Program-made: the position numbers and the translations under genes
NCBI GenBank assembly: GCA_963809665.1
Contig: CAWEKC010000001.1
Span: 6,852-70,851, forward strand
DNA from: Candidatus Gottesmanbacteria bacterium
GTDB taxonomy: Bacteria; Patescibacteriota; Microgenomatia; UBA10105; UBA927
Direction of reading: 5' to 3'
Length of the DNA: 64,000 bases
The notes under the pieces: generated by a model
What the model was told of the DNA's origin: nothing
The model's database searches: none
The model's input: only the letters and a program-made list of their open reading frames with translations
Part shown: in pieces, positions 1-9,327 of the stretch
Position numbering within the stretch: position 1 is the first letter of the stretch
Layout of the letters: each line of letters begins with the position of its first letter

Positions 1-407
1 AGGTACGGAACAAATGCGGCAACGAGCGTCCCCACTGCGGCCGGAACGGCACCAAAAAGGGTGAGCAGCCAAAGAAACGAAGCAACGGCAATAGCAATAT
101 ACCCTAACCCCATACTCATCTGGAACGCTGTTACGGCATCCCCTGTGATAACCCTCACAAACGAACCTATGTAGTTAGGGAGCGGGTAATGGAAGTTAAA
201 AATTGGAATCCCGTATCCGCTGTTCATATCCGGCGCCCACCTGGGTACTATATAACCGGCGCCCAACATCCGTGCAAACTCCACGATGCGGATGATGTGG
301 TACTCCCCGTCGTGTGTCGGTATATAATTCCTGCCGAATAGCGGCCACACCGCAAACAGAACTCCCGAAGCGGCAAGGATGACCGAAATAATCAATCCTT
401 TTTTCAT
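1..407 (-). CDS. Polytopic membrane protein, PF10131-like ('PTPS-related' membrane domain) family; only the N-terminal ~135 aa, the 3' end runs off the window
   Basis: Minus-strand ATG at 405-407 gives MKKGLIISVILAASGVLFAVWPLFGRNYIPTHDGEYHIIRIVEF..GAGYIVPRW. The HDG..H / PRW N-terminal motif is shared with paralogs at 2858-4493, 34886-36550 and 36547-38073. ATGA overlap with the stop of the upstream gene at 404-406. Absent from the ORF track because there is no stop inside the window. Confidence 0.6.
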   Translation of the reverse strand, partial: MKKGLIISVILAASGVLFAVWPLFGRNYIPTHDGEYHIIRIVEFARMLGAGYIVPRWAPDMNSGYGIPIFNFHYPLPNYIGSFVRVITGDAVTAFQMSMGLGYIAIAVASFLWLLTLFGAVPAAVGTLVAAFVPY

Positions 408-1547
408 ATGTTTCTCTTGGCATAATACCGGAATCCTTCATAAACTGCATATAAAACAACCGGGATGACGGTCAGTGCAAACCTGAGTGCGGGACCGGGT
501 CCTTCGTAATAGCCCATCCACATATAGGGAAGGGCGCGCAGTTCAAGCGCAAATGACAACACGACTGTGAATCCGAAAATAAACCGGTGATTTTTAAGCT
601 GCATTAAGGATGCCGGTGCAATGAGCCACACCGCATACCATGGATAGAGTTCTTCCCGTATCGGAGCAACGATGAAAAATACCGCGGCCAAAAAAATATA
701 GGTATAGAGAAGCACACGATCAAAAGAAACACTTCGGAAAAACAACAATGGTGCGAGTGCAACCGTTGCCCCCTTCACGAGCCACGAAGCCGCAAGGAAA
801 CCAATACCGTAAATTTTTTGCATGAAACGTTTCTGATACCACAGGAATAACCCGAGAAGTGCAAAAGCCATCATATATATATCGTTATGCCCGTTCATGA
901 GTATTTCAATAAGCACCAAGGGATTGAGGGCAAAAAAGATAACGTTTGTCAGACTTTTTGTGATACGCCATATAAAATAGCTAAAACCCAGATACACAAC
1001 GGCATTTAACAGTTTGAACGCAATTACCGTGGCCCAGATGTTTCCCCTTCCCGCATAATGCGGTATCGCTGTAATAAGAATCCATATCGGTCCGTATAGT
1101 GCCGTTTTATTTGCCGCCCGCGTAAATGCCAGGTTCGGGTCATTGGGTATTTCAATGGGCATGACGATATACGGGTTTTCGCGGTACTGATAGGTCACGT
1201 TCGCAGTCGCAATGTAGTTAAAAAGATCATATGTAAGTGCCGGGGTAAGAACAGGCTAAAATAACGGCCGACGCCACTAATACCATACATAACTTTTTCC
1301 ATGACTCAAAAACTCTTACGCCGTGCTTGAGAAAGACGCAGAAACAGGCAAATAATCCGATGAGTATGGCGAAAAACAATACGGCCGCGATCGGTCTCTG
1401 ATGATACGCGAGGTTTTTCAGCGGCTCCTGAAATTTGAGAAATACGGGATGTGTCGATAGGATCAGATTCGGATCAATAAATCCATACGAAAACACTCCA
1501 AGAATTAACAGTATTATTAAAAAAAATGGTACTACTATGGACGCCAT
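404..1547 (-). pseudogene. DUF2029/GT87-type polytopic GT-C-like membrane protein, paralog of 39589-40725, interrupted by a 1-nt frameshift near 1225-1240
   Basis: ORF 1227-1547 (..YHQRPIAAVLFFAILIG..) aligns with the N-terminus of the 39589-40725 protein (..YFQRPVATGMFVGLVAAFF..). ORF 404-1198 (..YDLFNYIATANVTYQYRENPYIVMPIEIP..) aligns with its remainder (YDIFNYMFDAKTVLVYHKIPYMVIPLQF). The two pieces are in different frames and together total 370 aa versus 378 aa for the paralog. Confidence 0.6.
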
Positions 1548-1549
1548 GA

Positions 1550-2089
1550 TTATTGGGATGCCGTCTCACTGGCAATATGTTGCCGCTGTTCAACGGATGC
1601 TCGAATCATCCCGGCTAAGGGCAATTCCGTAGGTTTGGATTTCTCCGGTGTCCATGTAAACTGATCGGGAGTTGCAGTAAGAAGTCCCGTTAATACCTCC
1701 GTGTGTTTTTCAGCGGCAGAGGTAATCAATTGCTGTACTACATTCACATTCACGCCTTCTTTTTTCGCTCCGGAAACATACGAAGGCAATTGCATAAACT
1801 CTTTATCAGAACGGGCGAGAGCGTCTGTTCCGAGAAGATATTGTTTATATTCCATGAGTGTTTTTGCCTCAATAAGATATTTATCTGATAAGGCGAGGTG
1901 ATATTTTACCTGTGCGATATTACCCCAAGACCAGTAAAATTTAAGCCGGTCCATGATACGGCTTACCCTGTATAGGGTGTTTCCCGGCATATAGGACGGG
2001 TACGGCATAACATAGTCCGCGCGTACTGAAGACGCTATACATAGCGTGCAAAAAATTAATACAATTATAAATGCTAATTTCTTTTTCAT
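1550..2089 (-). CDS. Hypothetical secreted protein, signal peptide MKKKLAFIIVLIFCTLCIASSVRA, no recognisable domain
   Basis: ORF 1550-2137, with start preferred at the internal MKKK at 2087-2089 (hydrophobic h-region plus AxA-like site). Sits inside the co-directional glycosylation operon. Confidence 0.45.
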   Translation of the reverse strand: MKKKLAFIIVLIFCTLCIASSVRADYVMPYPSYMPGNTLYRVSRIMDRLKFYWSWGNIAQVKYHLALSDKYLIEAKTLMEYKQYLLGTDALARSDKEFMQLPSYVSGAKKEGVNVNVVQQLITSAAEKHTEVLTGLLTATPDQFTWTPEKSKPTELPLAGMIRASVEQRQHIASETASQ

Positions 2090-2857
2090 AACTTTCGAAA
2101 CTTCCGATACATGATCGGAAAATGCAGAGCGGACCAATAGGCAAATACGAGCCCATACCAGCCGTCGATAAACCCTTTATGCCGGACAAACAATGAAAGG
2201 AATGTTATCTTTGGTTTGATAATATTGTAGAGAATCCACGTCCATGCATTTTTAGAAATCCCGCTTTTTTTCATCTCCGAAGCTGCGAGGGTGGTGTATG
2301 AATCAGCCTTCCTCCAATAATCGTCACGTGTCCGATAGGAAATATGATCCATGGGCTCCGTAAGATACCCGGTTTTACCTGAAACCTCTATCTGCTCATG
2401 TACGCTCTTGGCGGGAAAATGAGCCTTACCGCGCCGTATAAGTCTCATAACGTAATCCGGATATTGCCCGCCTTTGCGCATCCAGTGCCCCCAAAAATAA
2501 TTCCTGCGCGGGATAAAGTACCCGTTGATATCGGAAGTACCGGATTTCATAACCGTTTGTATTTCATTGCTTAATGCCTGAGTGACCCTCTCGTCCGCAT
2601 CGAGTTGCAGAATCCAACGTCCCCGAACACGCCTCCAGTGCTTTCTGCTTATTTATGTGAAACATTACGGGGTTATCCGTCTCAATAATATGAGATGTAA
2701 ACTTGCGGGCAATTGAAACGGTCGCATCTGAGGATCCGCCGTCAACCACAACTATTTCATCCGCCAGCCGGCGGACTGAGGCAAGACATTTTTCAAGATT
2801 TTTCTCCTCATTAAATACCGCAATTGCCACTGAAAGTTTTATGTCCTTTTTCGCCAT
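2086..2857 (-). pseudogene. GT2-family glycosyltransferase (paralog of 30206-30955 and 31839-32741) with a 1-nt indel in a C4/G4 run at 2621-2624
   Basis: N-terminal part MAKKDIKLSVAIAVFNEEKNLEKCLASVRRLADEIVVVDGGSSDAT starts at ATG 2855-2857, inside ORF 2564-3085. C-terminal part is ORF 2086-2550. The conserved ..SGRWILQLDADERV.. motif is restored only if one G of the minus-strand GGGG run at 2621-2624 is removed (compare TGKWILYIDADEEV in the 30206-30955 protein). Confidence 0.65.
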
Positions 2858-4493
2858 AGTAACCCTCGTTAAAACCGACACTCCGATTATAGCAAGAGCA
2901 GCGAGTGAAATCCTCTCTGCGGCAGTTCGCAACTTCGTGTTTTCAAAGACGACCCGTACTGAATGAGTTCCCGGTGCCACCTGAAATGTCATCAGGCCCC
3001 GGTAATTAGGGTTCTGGTATTGAATTTCAGTCACTGCGCCGTCAATATATATACCTCCAGTCGGGAAAATATACGGTGTTTTCAAGAAGCAGTGTCGGGT
3101 TGGAAACGTTCACGGTATATTCATGTACTGTCGATGACCGGAAGCCGTTTGTGATCGTTGCGTTCGCCGTGCTATAACCATAAGCGGGCTGGCGGGAGTA
3201 TGTTCCATAAAACGTACCGACCAGATAGGACTGCTTTCTCCTGTATCCGTGGTACTGAAATATATACCTGTATAAAAAGATTCGTTATGTACTACATACG
3301 CTTTCGGGTGCCACATAGGTATAGTAACCAGAATAATCAACATGCATAGTACGGCCATTACATACGGCCTTTTTATCCTGGTTTTCAGAAGCTCGCGGGC
3401 CGCGACACCTCCCGCAACCGCGGCTGCAAAAACTGATACCGAAAGGAAACGCCAGGGAAACTGAAAATTCTGTAATGTTGAAACGGCAACCCAGATGGGT
3501 TTGGACCAGGACGTCATGATAAAAAATGAAATGAGTAAAATTCCCAATATAGTGAAAAGAAAATACCGTACGTTCGGAAACTTTGTTTTCCATATCACAG
3601 TAATTGCACCGATAACACCGGCCCATTGCATGAATCCAAGTGATTTGGTAAGCGTTTCTCCCTGCCCGTAATTCCACGGGGAATACAAAAACCATGTCCA
3701 GGGGACAAACCTGGCTGCCGCTTCTCCGGACGTAACAATATCCCGGAGTGTGTATTTTCCTTCAAAATACGCCGGTATCCAAAAAAATGCGGAAAGAGCA
3801 AACCCCGCGAGTACCGCCACAAGCGCTCATGGATCCGAAAAGCCATTTTTCCTTCGTTTCAAACAATAACAAATAGAGTAAATAGACCAGGATAATCGGC
3901 ATAAACATAATGGCAATCGCGTTGTGGGCAAGGATAAGGAGGGCAATGGATACGGCAACGCCAATGGTGTTTGTAACTACATGTTTACGCAGTGCCGGCT
4001 GGGAGAGCTTAAACAGGAAATACATGATGAGAGGCGGAAAGATAAACGCAACATGTTCACCAATAGCTCCCCGAACGTATAAATCTACAAAACGGTATGG
4101 CGCAAAAACATACAAAAGTGCCCCGACGATTCCGGCCTTTTTCCCAAACGCTGCCCTCATCCATATAAACATGGTAAGAGCGCTGGCAATGAATGCAAAG
4201 CCGAATACAATTTTGGTGCTATCAACCAATGAAAAACCGATAGTGTGAAATAGAGAAGCTATATACGAGGGAAGCGGATATAAAAACATTAATATAGGAT
4301 GCCCATATCCCCAGTTGAGAGAGCCCGCCCATCGCGGAATGATATTACCTTCTTTAAGCGATTGGTAAAAGTTTGCAATCCTTGCCACATGATCCTGTCC
4401 GTCATGAGTCACGGGAAAACCCGGATGGACTAAGGCAATAAGCGGCAAAAACGAAACAATGCAAAGCAAAAGAAACGGTAACGCCTTTTTCAT
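2858..4493 (-). pseudogene. PF10131-like polytopic membrane protein (paralog of 34886-36550 and 36547-38073) with a frameshift near 3805-3815, an in-frame TGA at 3110-3112 and no stop codon before the downstream GT2 ATG
   Basis: Three pieces match successive regions of the 36547-38073 protein. ORF 3762-4547 is the N-terminal part (..THDGQDHVARIANFYQSLKEGNIIPRW..). ORF 3110-3820 is the middle part (FFWIPAYFEGKY / QFPWRFLSV). The first 76 codons of ORF 2564-3085 are the C-terminal part (KTPYIFPTGGIYIDGAVTEIQYQNPNYRGLMTFQVAPGTH). The middle and C-terminal pieces share a frame and are separated only by TGA at 3110-3112. Confidence 0.6.
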
Positions 4494-4495
4494 TT

Positions 4496-6055
4496 TCAAA
4501 ATATCCTCTTTTCCAGAATAAGACCATTCAACATCGTTTTTATCCATATGCTACTTCCTCCCTGCACCACGGTCTCAAGCCACCCGTTTTGACGCCACGG
4601 CTGGCTCGTATCCGGCTCAATAATAAGGTATGCTAAACCCTTTTTTTCGTGGGCAGGCACATATCCGTAGCGGGTGTTCCCATATGTCTGGAACAAGTAA
4701 TCATACGAATAGGTATAGACACCCGGAACGAATTCAAATACCGAAAACGGCTGACCGTGCGCATCCTGATATATGGTATCGATGACAAGGCGTTTCCCTA
4801 TAATTTTGTCATAAACCCCCAAGTCACGTATGTCTACCGTATAGGAAACATATTGACGGAATACCGACCCGCAGGCCACCATAACCAGAAATACAATTCC
4901 CACCAGTAAACCTATTTTTGCAACCAGCAATTTGTTTACGCGCCAAAGCGCAACACCGGCAAAAGTGAACAGGAGAATATACGCGATACGCGTATGGGTC
5001 AGATAATAGTCCCATACGATATTGTTGAGAAGTAAATACGCCCCACAGGTCAAAACGATCATGAGAAGCAAAAACAACACGAAACGTTTCTCATTTTTAC
5101 CCCGTACCAGAAACAATCCCAACCCGACGAACGGAATCGTTATGTACAACATAATCATCTGCGTATGCCACGGAATCCATCCGAATTCAAATGTGAACGT
5201 GTTGTAAAAATTATTCCAGTAATCGAATGCATGAGAGGCAAGCCGTTTGGCTTCAAACATAGAACCGTTTGTAGCGGTTCCTGAAGAAAGATACGAAATG
5301 GCGGATCTAACGTCCGTAAAACCGTGGCGCATATCAAAAAGAATCATCGGTAGAAATGCAAATCCCAGTGCTATAAGTGTGTACATGTATACTTTCCAAT
5401 CACGGATTCTAAAAATCAGAGGAAGTGAAACGATGACGGATGCCGTGAGCGGGATGGATACCCCAAGCTGGGAATTATAGGAAAATCCGGCAATAAATAC
5501 CGCCAAAGGAGCAAATAGTTTCGGGTTGTCCGGTATGCGGTACACAAAATACAGGGCTAGAATGACAAAAACCGTGATAGGGTGACTGCTCCAGATAAAC
5601 CTCGATTGCGAAACTATGAGCGGCGATACTGCGGTGAAGAAAAGGAACAGGACAGATCCTAACCTCCCCAACATTTTATAGCCGACCCATGCAGACATGA
5701 CGAGCGCAGCAACGCCGAACAGAAACATAAAAATCTCTCCGCCTATCGGATTACCGCGGAATAATAGGTAGGCCAAAGAAATGAGATAAAAATATCCGGG
5801 CCCATGAAATATTCCGTTGATACCGGCGACTCCCGAACCGGCCTCCGCTCCGATGAGCGTTAATTTATGATGGACGATGATGTTGTAAGCCGCCAGATAA
5901 TCTCTCCCCTGATCCAGTCCGAATAAAAAATTGCCGTTAATCAGTTCAACAGCCCGGAGGGCTATCCCCCAAATCAGAATACCGATGATAACAGCACAAA
6001 AAAATATATTCCTCCTTGATGCCGGTAATGAAATCGTGCGTTGTATTTTTTTCAT
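4496..6055 (-). CDS. ArnT/PMT-like GT-C membrane glycosyltransferase (COG1807-type)
   Basis: 519-aa polytopic protein. N-terminal loop ..GLDQGRDYLAAYNIIVHHKLTLIGAEAGSGVAGINGIFHGPGYFYL.. is paralogous to 41473-43008 (GDEGRDVLVVMHMIVNHKFTLLGPTASVGGFFLGPIYYYF) and to 23414-24706. Confidence 0.65.
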   Translation of the reverse strand: MKKIQRTISLPASRRNIFFCAVIIGILIWGIALRAVELINGNFLFGLDQGRDYLAAYNIIVHHKLTLIGAEAGSGVAGINGIFHGPGYFYLISLAYLLFRGNPIGGEIFMFLFGVAALVMSAWVGYKMLGRLGSVLFLFFTAVSPLIVSQSRFIWSSHPITVFVILALYFVYRIPDNPKLFAPLAVFIAGFSYNSQLGVSIPLTASVIVSLPLIFRIRDWKVYMYTLIALGFAFLPMILFDMRHGFTDVRSAISYLSSGTATNGSMFEAKRLASHAFDYWNNFYNTFTFEFGWIPWHTQMIMLYITIPFVGLGLFLVRGKNEKRFVLFLLLMIVLTCGAYLLLNNIVWDYYLTHTRIAYILLFTFAGVALWRVNKLLVAKIGLLVGIVFLVMVACGSVFRQYVSYTVDIRDLGVYDKIIGKRLVIDTIYQDAHGQPFSVFEFVPGVYTYSYDYLFQTYGNTRYGYVPAHEKKGLAYLIIEPDTSQPWRQNGWLETVVQGGSSIWIKTMLNGLILEKRIF

Positions 6056-7701
6056 GGACTACTCGCAGAATCAGATATTTCTATTGCGGGTGTCCCGTCT
6101 AAAAATTTAATGCTCATCACGTTCCCGATGGGCATATCCTTTGGATCCCCGACGTACAACATGGTTCCGTTGCGGTGCTCCTTCGCCCAGTCGATTCTCC
6201 TGAATTCATATTTGTCAAAATTGTTATTTGCCTCAGTACCTCCTGATTGAGTCCCGCCGGCGGCAAGATACTTAACCGGATCGTATTTCGTATAAAAAAG
6301 GAAAAACATATATGATTGATCCAATGTCGTTGAGACTACCACTTTTTGGTATTTTGATTTTATTTTTTCAGTAAACGCAACCGCATCTTTATATCCATAC
6401 TGCCAATATTCTGAAACCTCGGGGTTTTGCTGGACAAAGTACATATCCAGATAATACGCAAAATTAAATAACCCAAACAGGATAACGCCTGCGGCCGCCG
6501 CGTACCGCAGAAAAATTTTTCGCCCTGACAGATACTCCCGCCACACACGTATTGCATCCGCAATACCAACGGCAATAAATACCTGAAACACGGGCAGGAA
6601 TACAAGAGTTCGTACAGCATGCGGAAGACCTGTGGTCGGAGACGCGGCTATAGGTGATATGAGGAACCACCCTACAAGGACTGTAGACACCGGACCTTTC
6701 CTGTATTTAACCACCCGATATATTCCGTATAACAGGAACGGCAATTCCCATAGATACAGAAGCCCCATATCCGGAGCATGATGCCGCGGGTTGTCTCCGG
6801 TTAAAAACAGCCATTTGAACGAGAAGTGCGAAAGATATCCTGCGACAACGGTTTTCGCATATACTATCCGACGGTTATCCAAAAGTTGTCCGATATGGTC
6901 CCCTGCATGTAGATCCTGTTCGAGTTTTGCAATATTACGTGCCAGTAACTCAGTCTGATCCGTAAATGAACTTGTGCCGCGCAGTCGCAGAAGCGCGCTT
7001 TGATTAAATACAACCGGTATAAGAGGCGCTGCAACAAGAACAGCGAGAACCATACTTAAAATAATAGATTTCGTGTGTCCTTTTACAAAAAGTTCCTGTC
7101 TGAATACCACGGCAAGAATAATAACCAGAAGCGGCAGGAAAACCCGTTCACTATGATATGCATACAGACCCAAAGCAAATAAAACCGCAGCAATTGGCAG
7201 ATACATACGCCGTTTGAGACCCGCAAGAAATGCTGCCACCGCCCATATATTAATGGTAACTCCCGTGTTCGCCTCAAATGCGATACGCGAAAATTGTATA
7301 GACCAGGGAGAAATTGCAAGTAAAAACGATGAAATCAAGGGGATGGTATCGTTTTTGCGATCGCGTAAAAGTTCCCGGACAAGAAAATAGACACCAAGCA
7401 CTGCAAGCACTCCCATAACAGCCGACGGAAGCCGTGTAGACCACACGGACAACCCAAACAATGCAACCGAAGGGACGGTTAAATATACATACAGCGGTGG
7501 TTTATAATCATCGAACGACCGTATCGACAATGGGAGGAATGTTCCGTATTCATCTCTGCCGGTTTTTAATATCGAATATGCGTTATACCCGAGAGCCGCT
7601 TCGTCCCAATCGGGACTGGGAGGCACGCTTCCCAGCTGGTAGAACCGAAGTCCTACGGCAATGGCCAATATAACAAATAAGGATACAAGGGTTTTTTTCA
7701 T
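6052..7701 (-). CDS. PMT_2/GT39-like GT-C membrane glycosyltransferase (dolichyl/undecaprenyl-phosphate-sugar dependent type)
   Basis: 549 aa with N-terminal ..DWDEAALGYNAYSILKTGRDEYGTFLPL..RLPSAVMGVLAV.. motif. First of three tandem paralogs. Confidence 0.7.
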   Translation of the reverse strand: MKKTLVSLFVILAIAVGLRFYQLGSVPPSPDWDEAALGYNAYSILKTGRDEYGTFLPLSIRSFDDYKPPLYVYLTVPSVALFGLSVWSTRLPSAVMGVLAVLGVYFLVRELLRDRKNDTIPLISSFLLAISPWSIQFSRIAFEANTGVTINIWAVAAFLAGLKRRMYLPIAAVLFALGLYAYHSERVFLPLLVIILAVVFRQELFVKGHTKSIILSMVLAVLVAAPLIPVVFNQSALLRLRGTSSFTDQTELLARNIAKLEQDLHAGDHIGQLLDNRRIVYAKTVVAGYLSHFSFKWLFLTGDNPRHHAPDMGLLYLWELPFLLYGIYRVVKYRKGPVSTVLVGWFLISPIAASPTTGLPHAVRTLVFLPVFQVFIAVGIADAIRVWREYLSGRKIFLRYAAAAGVILFGLFNFAYYLDMYFVQQNPEVSEYWQYGYKDAVAFTEKIKSKYQKVVVSTTLDQSYMFFLFYTKYDPVKYLAAGGTQSGGTEANNNFDKYEFRRIDWAKEHRNGTMLYVGDPKDMPIGNVMSIKFLDGTPAIEISDSASSP

Positions 7702-9320
7702 AACGCTATTCCGCCGTCGTCAAAGATTACCAATACCGGATTACCGTTTAATAAATGTATGGTGTCGATAATCCGTGCGCCCGTCGGGGCAGAATTCCAG
7801 ATATACAATGTTTTCGGTGCTAATACGTCCGGCAGGATCCCGCCGAAACTGTAGTTGAGGAAACTATCCACATGATAAAATCCCGCCCCATCGAAATAGG
7901 AATTTTTGGTACGGAAAAATACCGTAGGATCTGTCTTTGTATAAAACAATGTATACATATACGGTCTGCCGATTTTGTCTGATATGACAATCTTGTCGTA
8001 CATAGGAGCGATGAGTGCAATCCGCTGAATTGCCTGTTTATATCCGTACTGCCATTCGCCGGAAAACTCTATCGGATAATGACTGTAATAATTATGAAGA
8101 TAGAAGGAAACACTAAATAGATATAAACTTCCCAATATAATATAGAAAATCGTCTTTCCCTTAGAAATGAATCTGCAGACAGACAGAATGCCGTATGCCA
8201 CGAAAATTTGCCATGTCGGTAATGAATTAAGTATCCGGAGCGCATGCGGTGTCTCGCGTGCGGTTGCCGCCGGAATGATTGCGGAAATGATCCAGTAAAT
8301 GAGTAGCAGTGCGACACCCGGATATGAAACTAACATGGCAAATATTCCTATCACCAATAATGGGGCTTCGATAAGATACAACTCCCCTACATCCTGAATG
8401 GAAAATTTCGGATTTCCGTCCCCCTTGACGAATAAAAAGTCGGGTTGCAGATTATCCATAAAATGTATAAGGAAGCTCCTTGCATACCCCACCCGCCGGT
8501 TGTTTACGAGTTGACCGATCACGTTTCCTTTTTCCCGTGCGATGCGCTGATTTGCGGTTTTAACAACGGAGAGGTCGGTAAAAATATTCACCTCAGTAAA
8601 TCTGAGACGAGCCTGCGCAGATACTAAATGAGGTACAATCGGCGCCGTACAAAGAGCAGCGATGACCACTCCAAAAACAAACGGCTTCAGATTATTCCTA
8701 ATACTTCTCCATGCGAACAACACCAATGCGGGTACAAACAATACGGAAAATACCCGGGAACTGTTGAACGTATACATCGAAGCGACGAACGGAAGCCACG
8801 CATAAATCCAACGTTTCTGATGTGTCCGGGAAGATAATACCAGCCATGTCCCCAGGACCACGAAAAACAACGCGATATTCGCCTCAAATCCCCCCCGGGA
8901 CAAATTCACATGCCAGGGAGAAACAGCCAAAACGGCCATGGAGAGTAGTGCCAGTGCATCACGGGGAAATTTTTTACCGGTTTTGGAAAACAGTTCCTGA
9001 ACGAGAAAATAGACGAGCAACACGGTCAGCGTTCCGAATAGTGCGGCCGGCAGACGAACCGCTAATTCATTCAGGCCAAACACGGCAATGAACGGCACCG
9101 TAGCGTAAATCGCAAGAGGCGGTTTATAATCTCCGTATGCTACAAACGCATCGAATGGCAAAAATTTACCGTGTTCATCGCGACCGGTTTTGAGAATGCT
9201 GTATGCGTTATATCCGATGGATACTTCATCCCAGGATAAAGAAGGAGGGTCCTGGGCCACATAATTTACACGAAGAACAAACGCACATATAAAGATAATA
9301 ATAAAAACCAGTTTCTTCAT
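7698..9320 (-). CDS. PMT_2/GT39-like GT-C membrane glycosyltransferase (tandem paralog)
   Basis: 540 aa with ..SWDEVSIGYNAYSILKTGRDEHGKFLPF..RLPAALFGTLTV.. ATGA overlap with 6052-7701. Confidence 0.7.
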   Translation of the reverse strand: MKKLVFIIIFICAFVLRVNYVAQDPPSLSWDEVSIGYNAYSILKTGRDEHGKFLPFDAFVAYGDYKPPLAIYATVPFIAVFGLNELAVRLPAALFGTLTVLLVYFLVQELFSKTGKKFPRDALALLSMAVLAVSPWHVNLSRGGFEANIALFFVVLGTWLVLSSRTHQKRWIYAWLPFVASMYTFNSSRVFSVLFVPALVLFAWRSIRNNLKPFVFGVVIAALCTAPIVPHLVSAQARLRFTEVNIFTDLSVVKTANQRIAREKGNVIGQLVNNRRVGYARSFLIHFMDNLQPDFLFVKGDGNPKFSIQDVGELYLIEAPLLVIGIFAMLVSYPGVALLLIYWIISAIIPAATARETPHALRILNSLPTWQIFVAYGILSVCRFISKGKTIFYIILGSLYLFSVSFYLHNYYSHYPIEFSGEWQYGYKQAIQRIALIAPMYDKIVISDKIGRPYMYTLFYTKTDPTVFFRTKNSYFDGAGFYHVDSFLNYSFGGILPDVLAPKTLYIWNSAPTGARIIDTIHLLNGNPVLVIFDDGGIAL

Positions 9321-9327
9321 GAGTATC

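Noticed and set aside
196-459. Short ORFs antisense to, or nested in, long conserved CDS. Examples: 196-459, 1435-1632, 1701-1901, 16777-17382, 21299-21775, 27092-27535, 35103-35345, 45072-45605, 45775-46236, 49799-50203, 61461-61904 and 62459-62872.
   Set aside because: Each lies entirely within a longer ORF, on either strand, that has clear family-level homology and paralogs. None shows a domain signature or sensible start context. They are treated as frame noise.
2564-3085. Track ORF 2564-3085 as a single 173-aa protein
   Set aside because: It is a chimera. Its first 76 codons are the C-terminal domain of the PF10131-like gene. The rest is the N-terminus of a GT2 gene (MAKKDIKLSVAIAVFNEE...). 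The two are joined because no stop separates them.
3110-3112. TGA reassignment (code 25, Gly) or selenocysteine to explain the in-frame TGA
   Set aside because: TGA clearly terminates other genes here (for example 404-406, 59970-59972), and an RF2 gene (which reads UGA) is present. There is no SECIS-like context. A nonsense mutation or base error is simpler.
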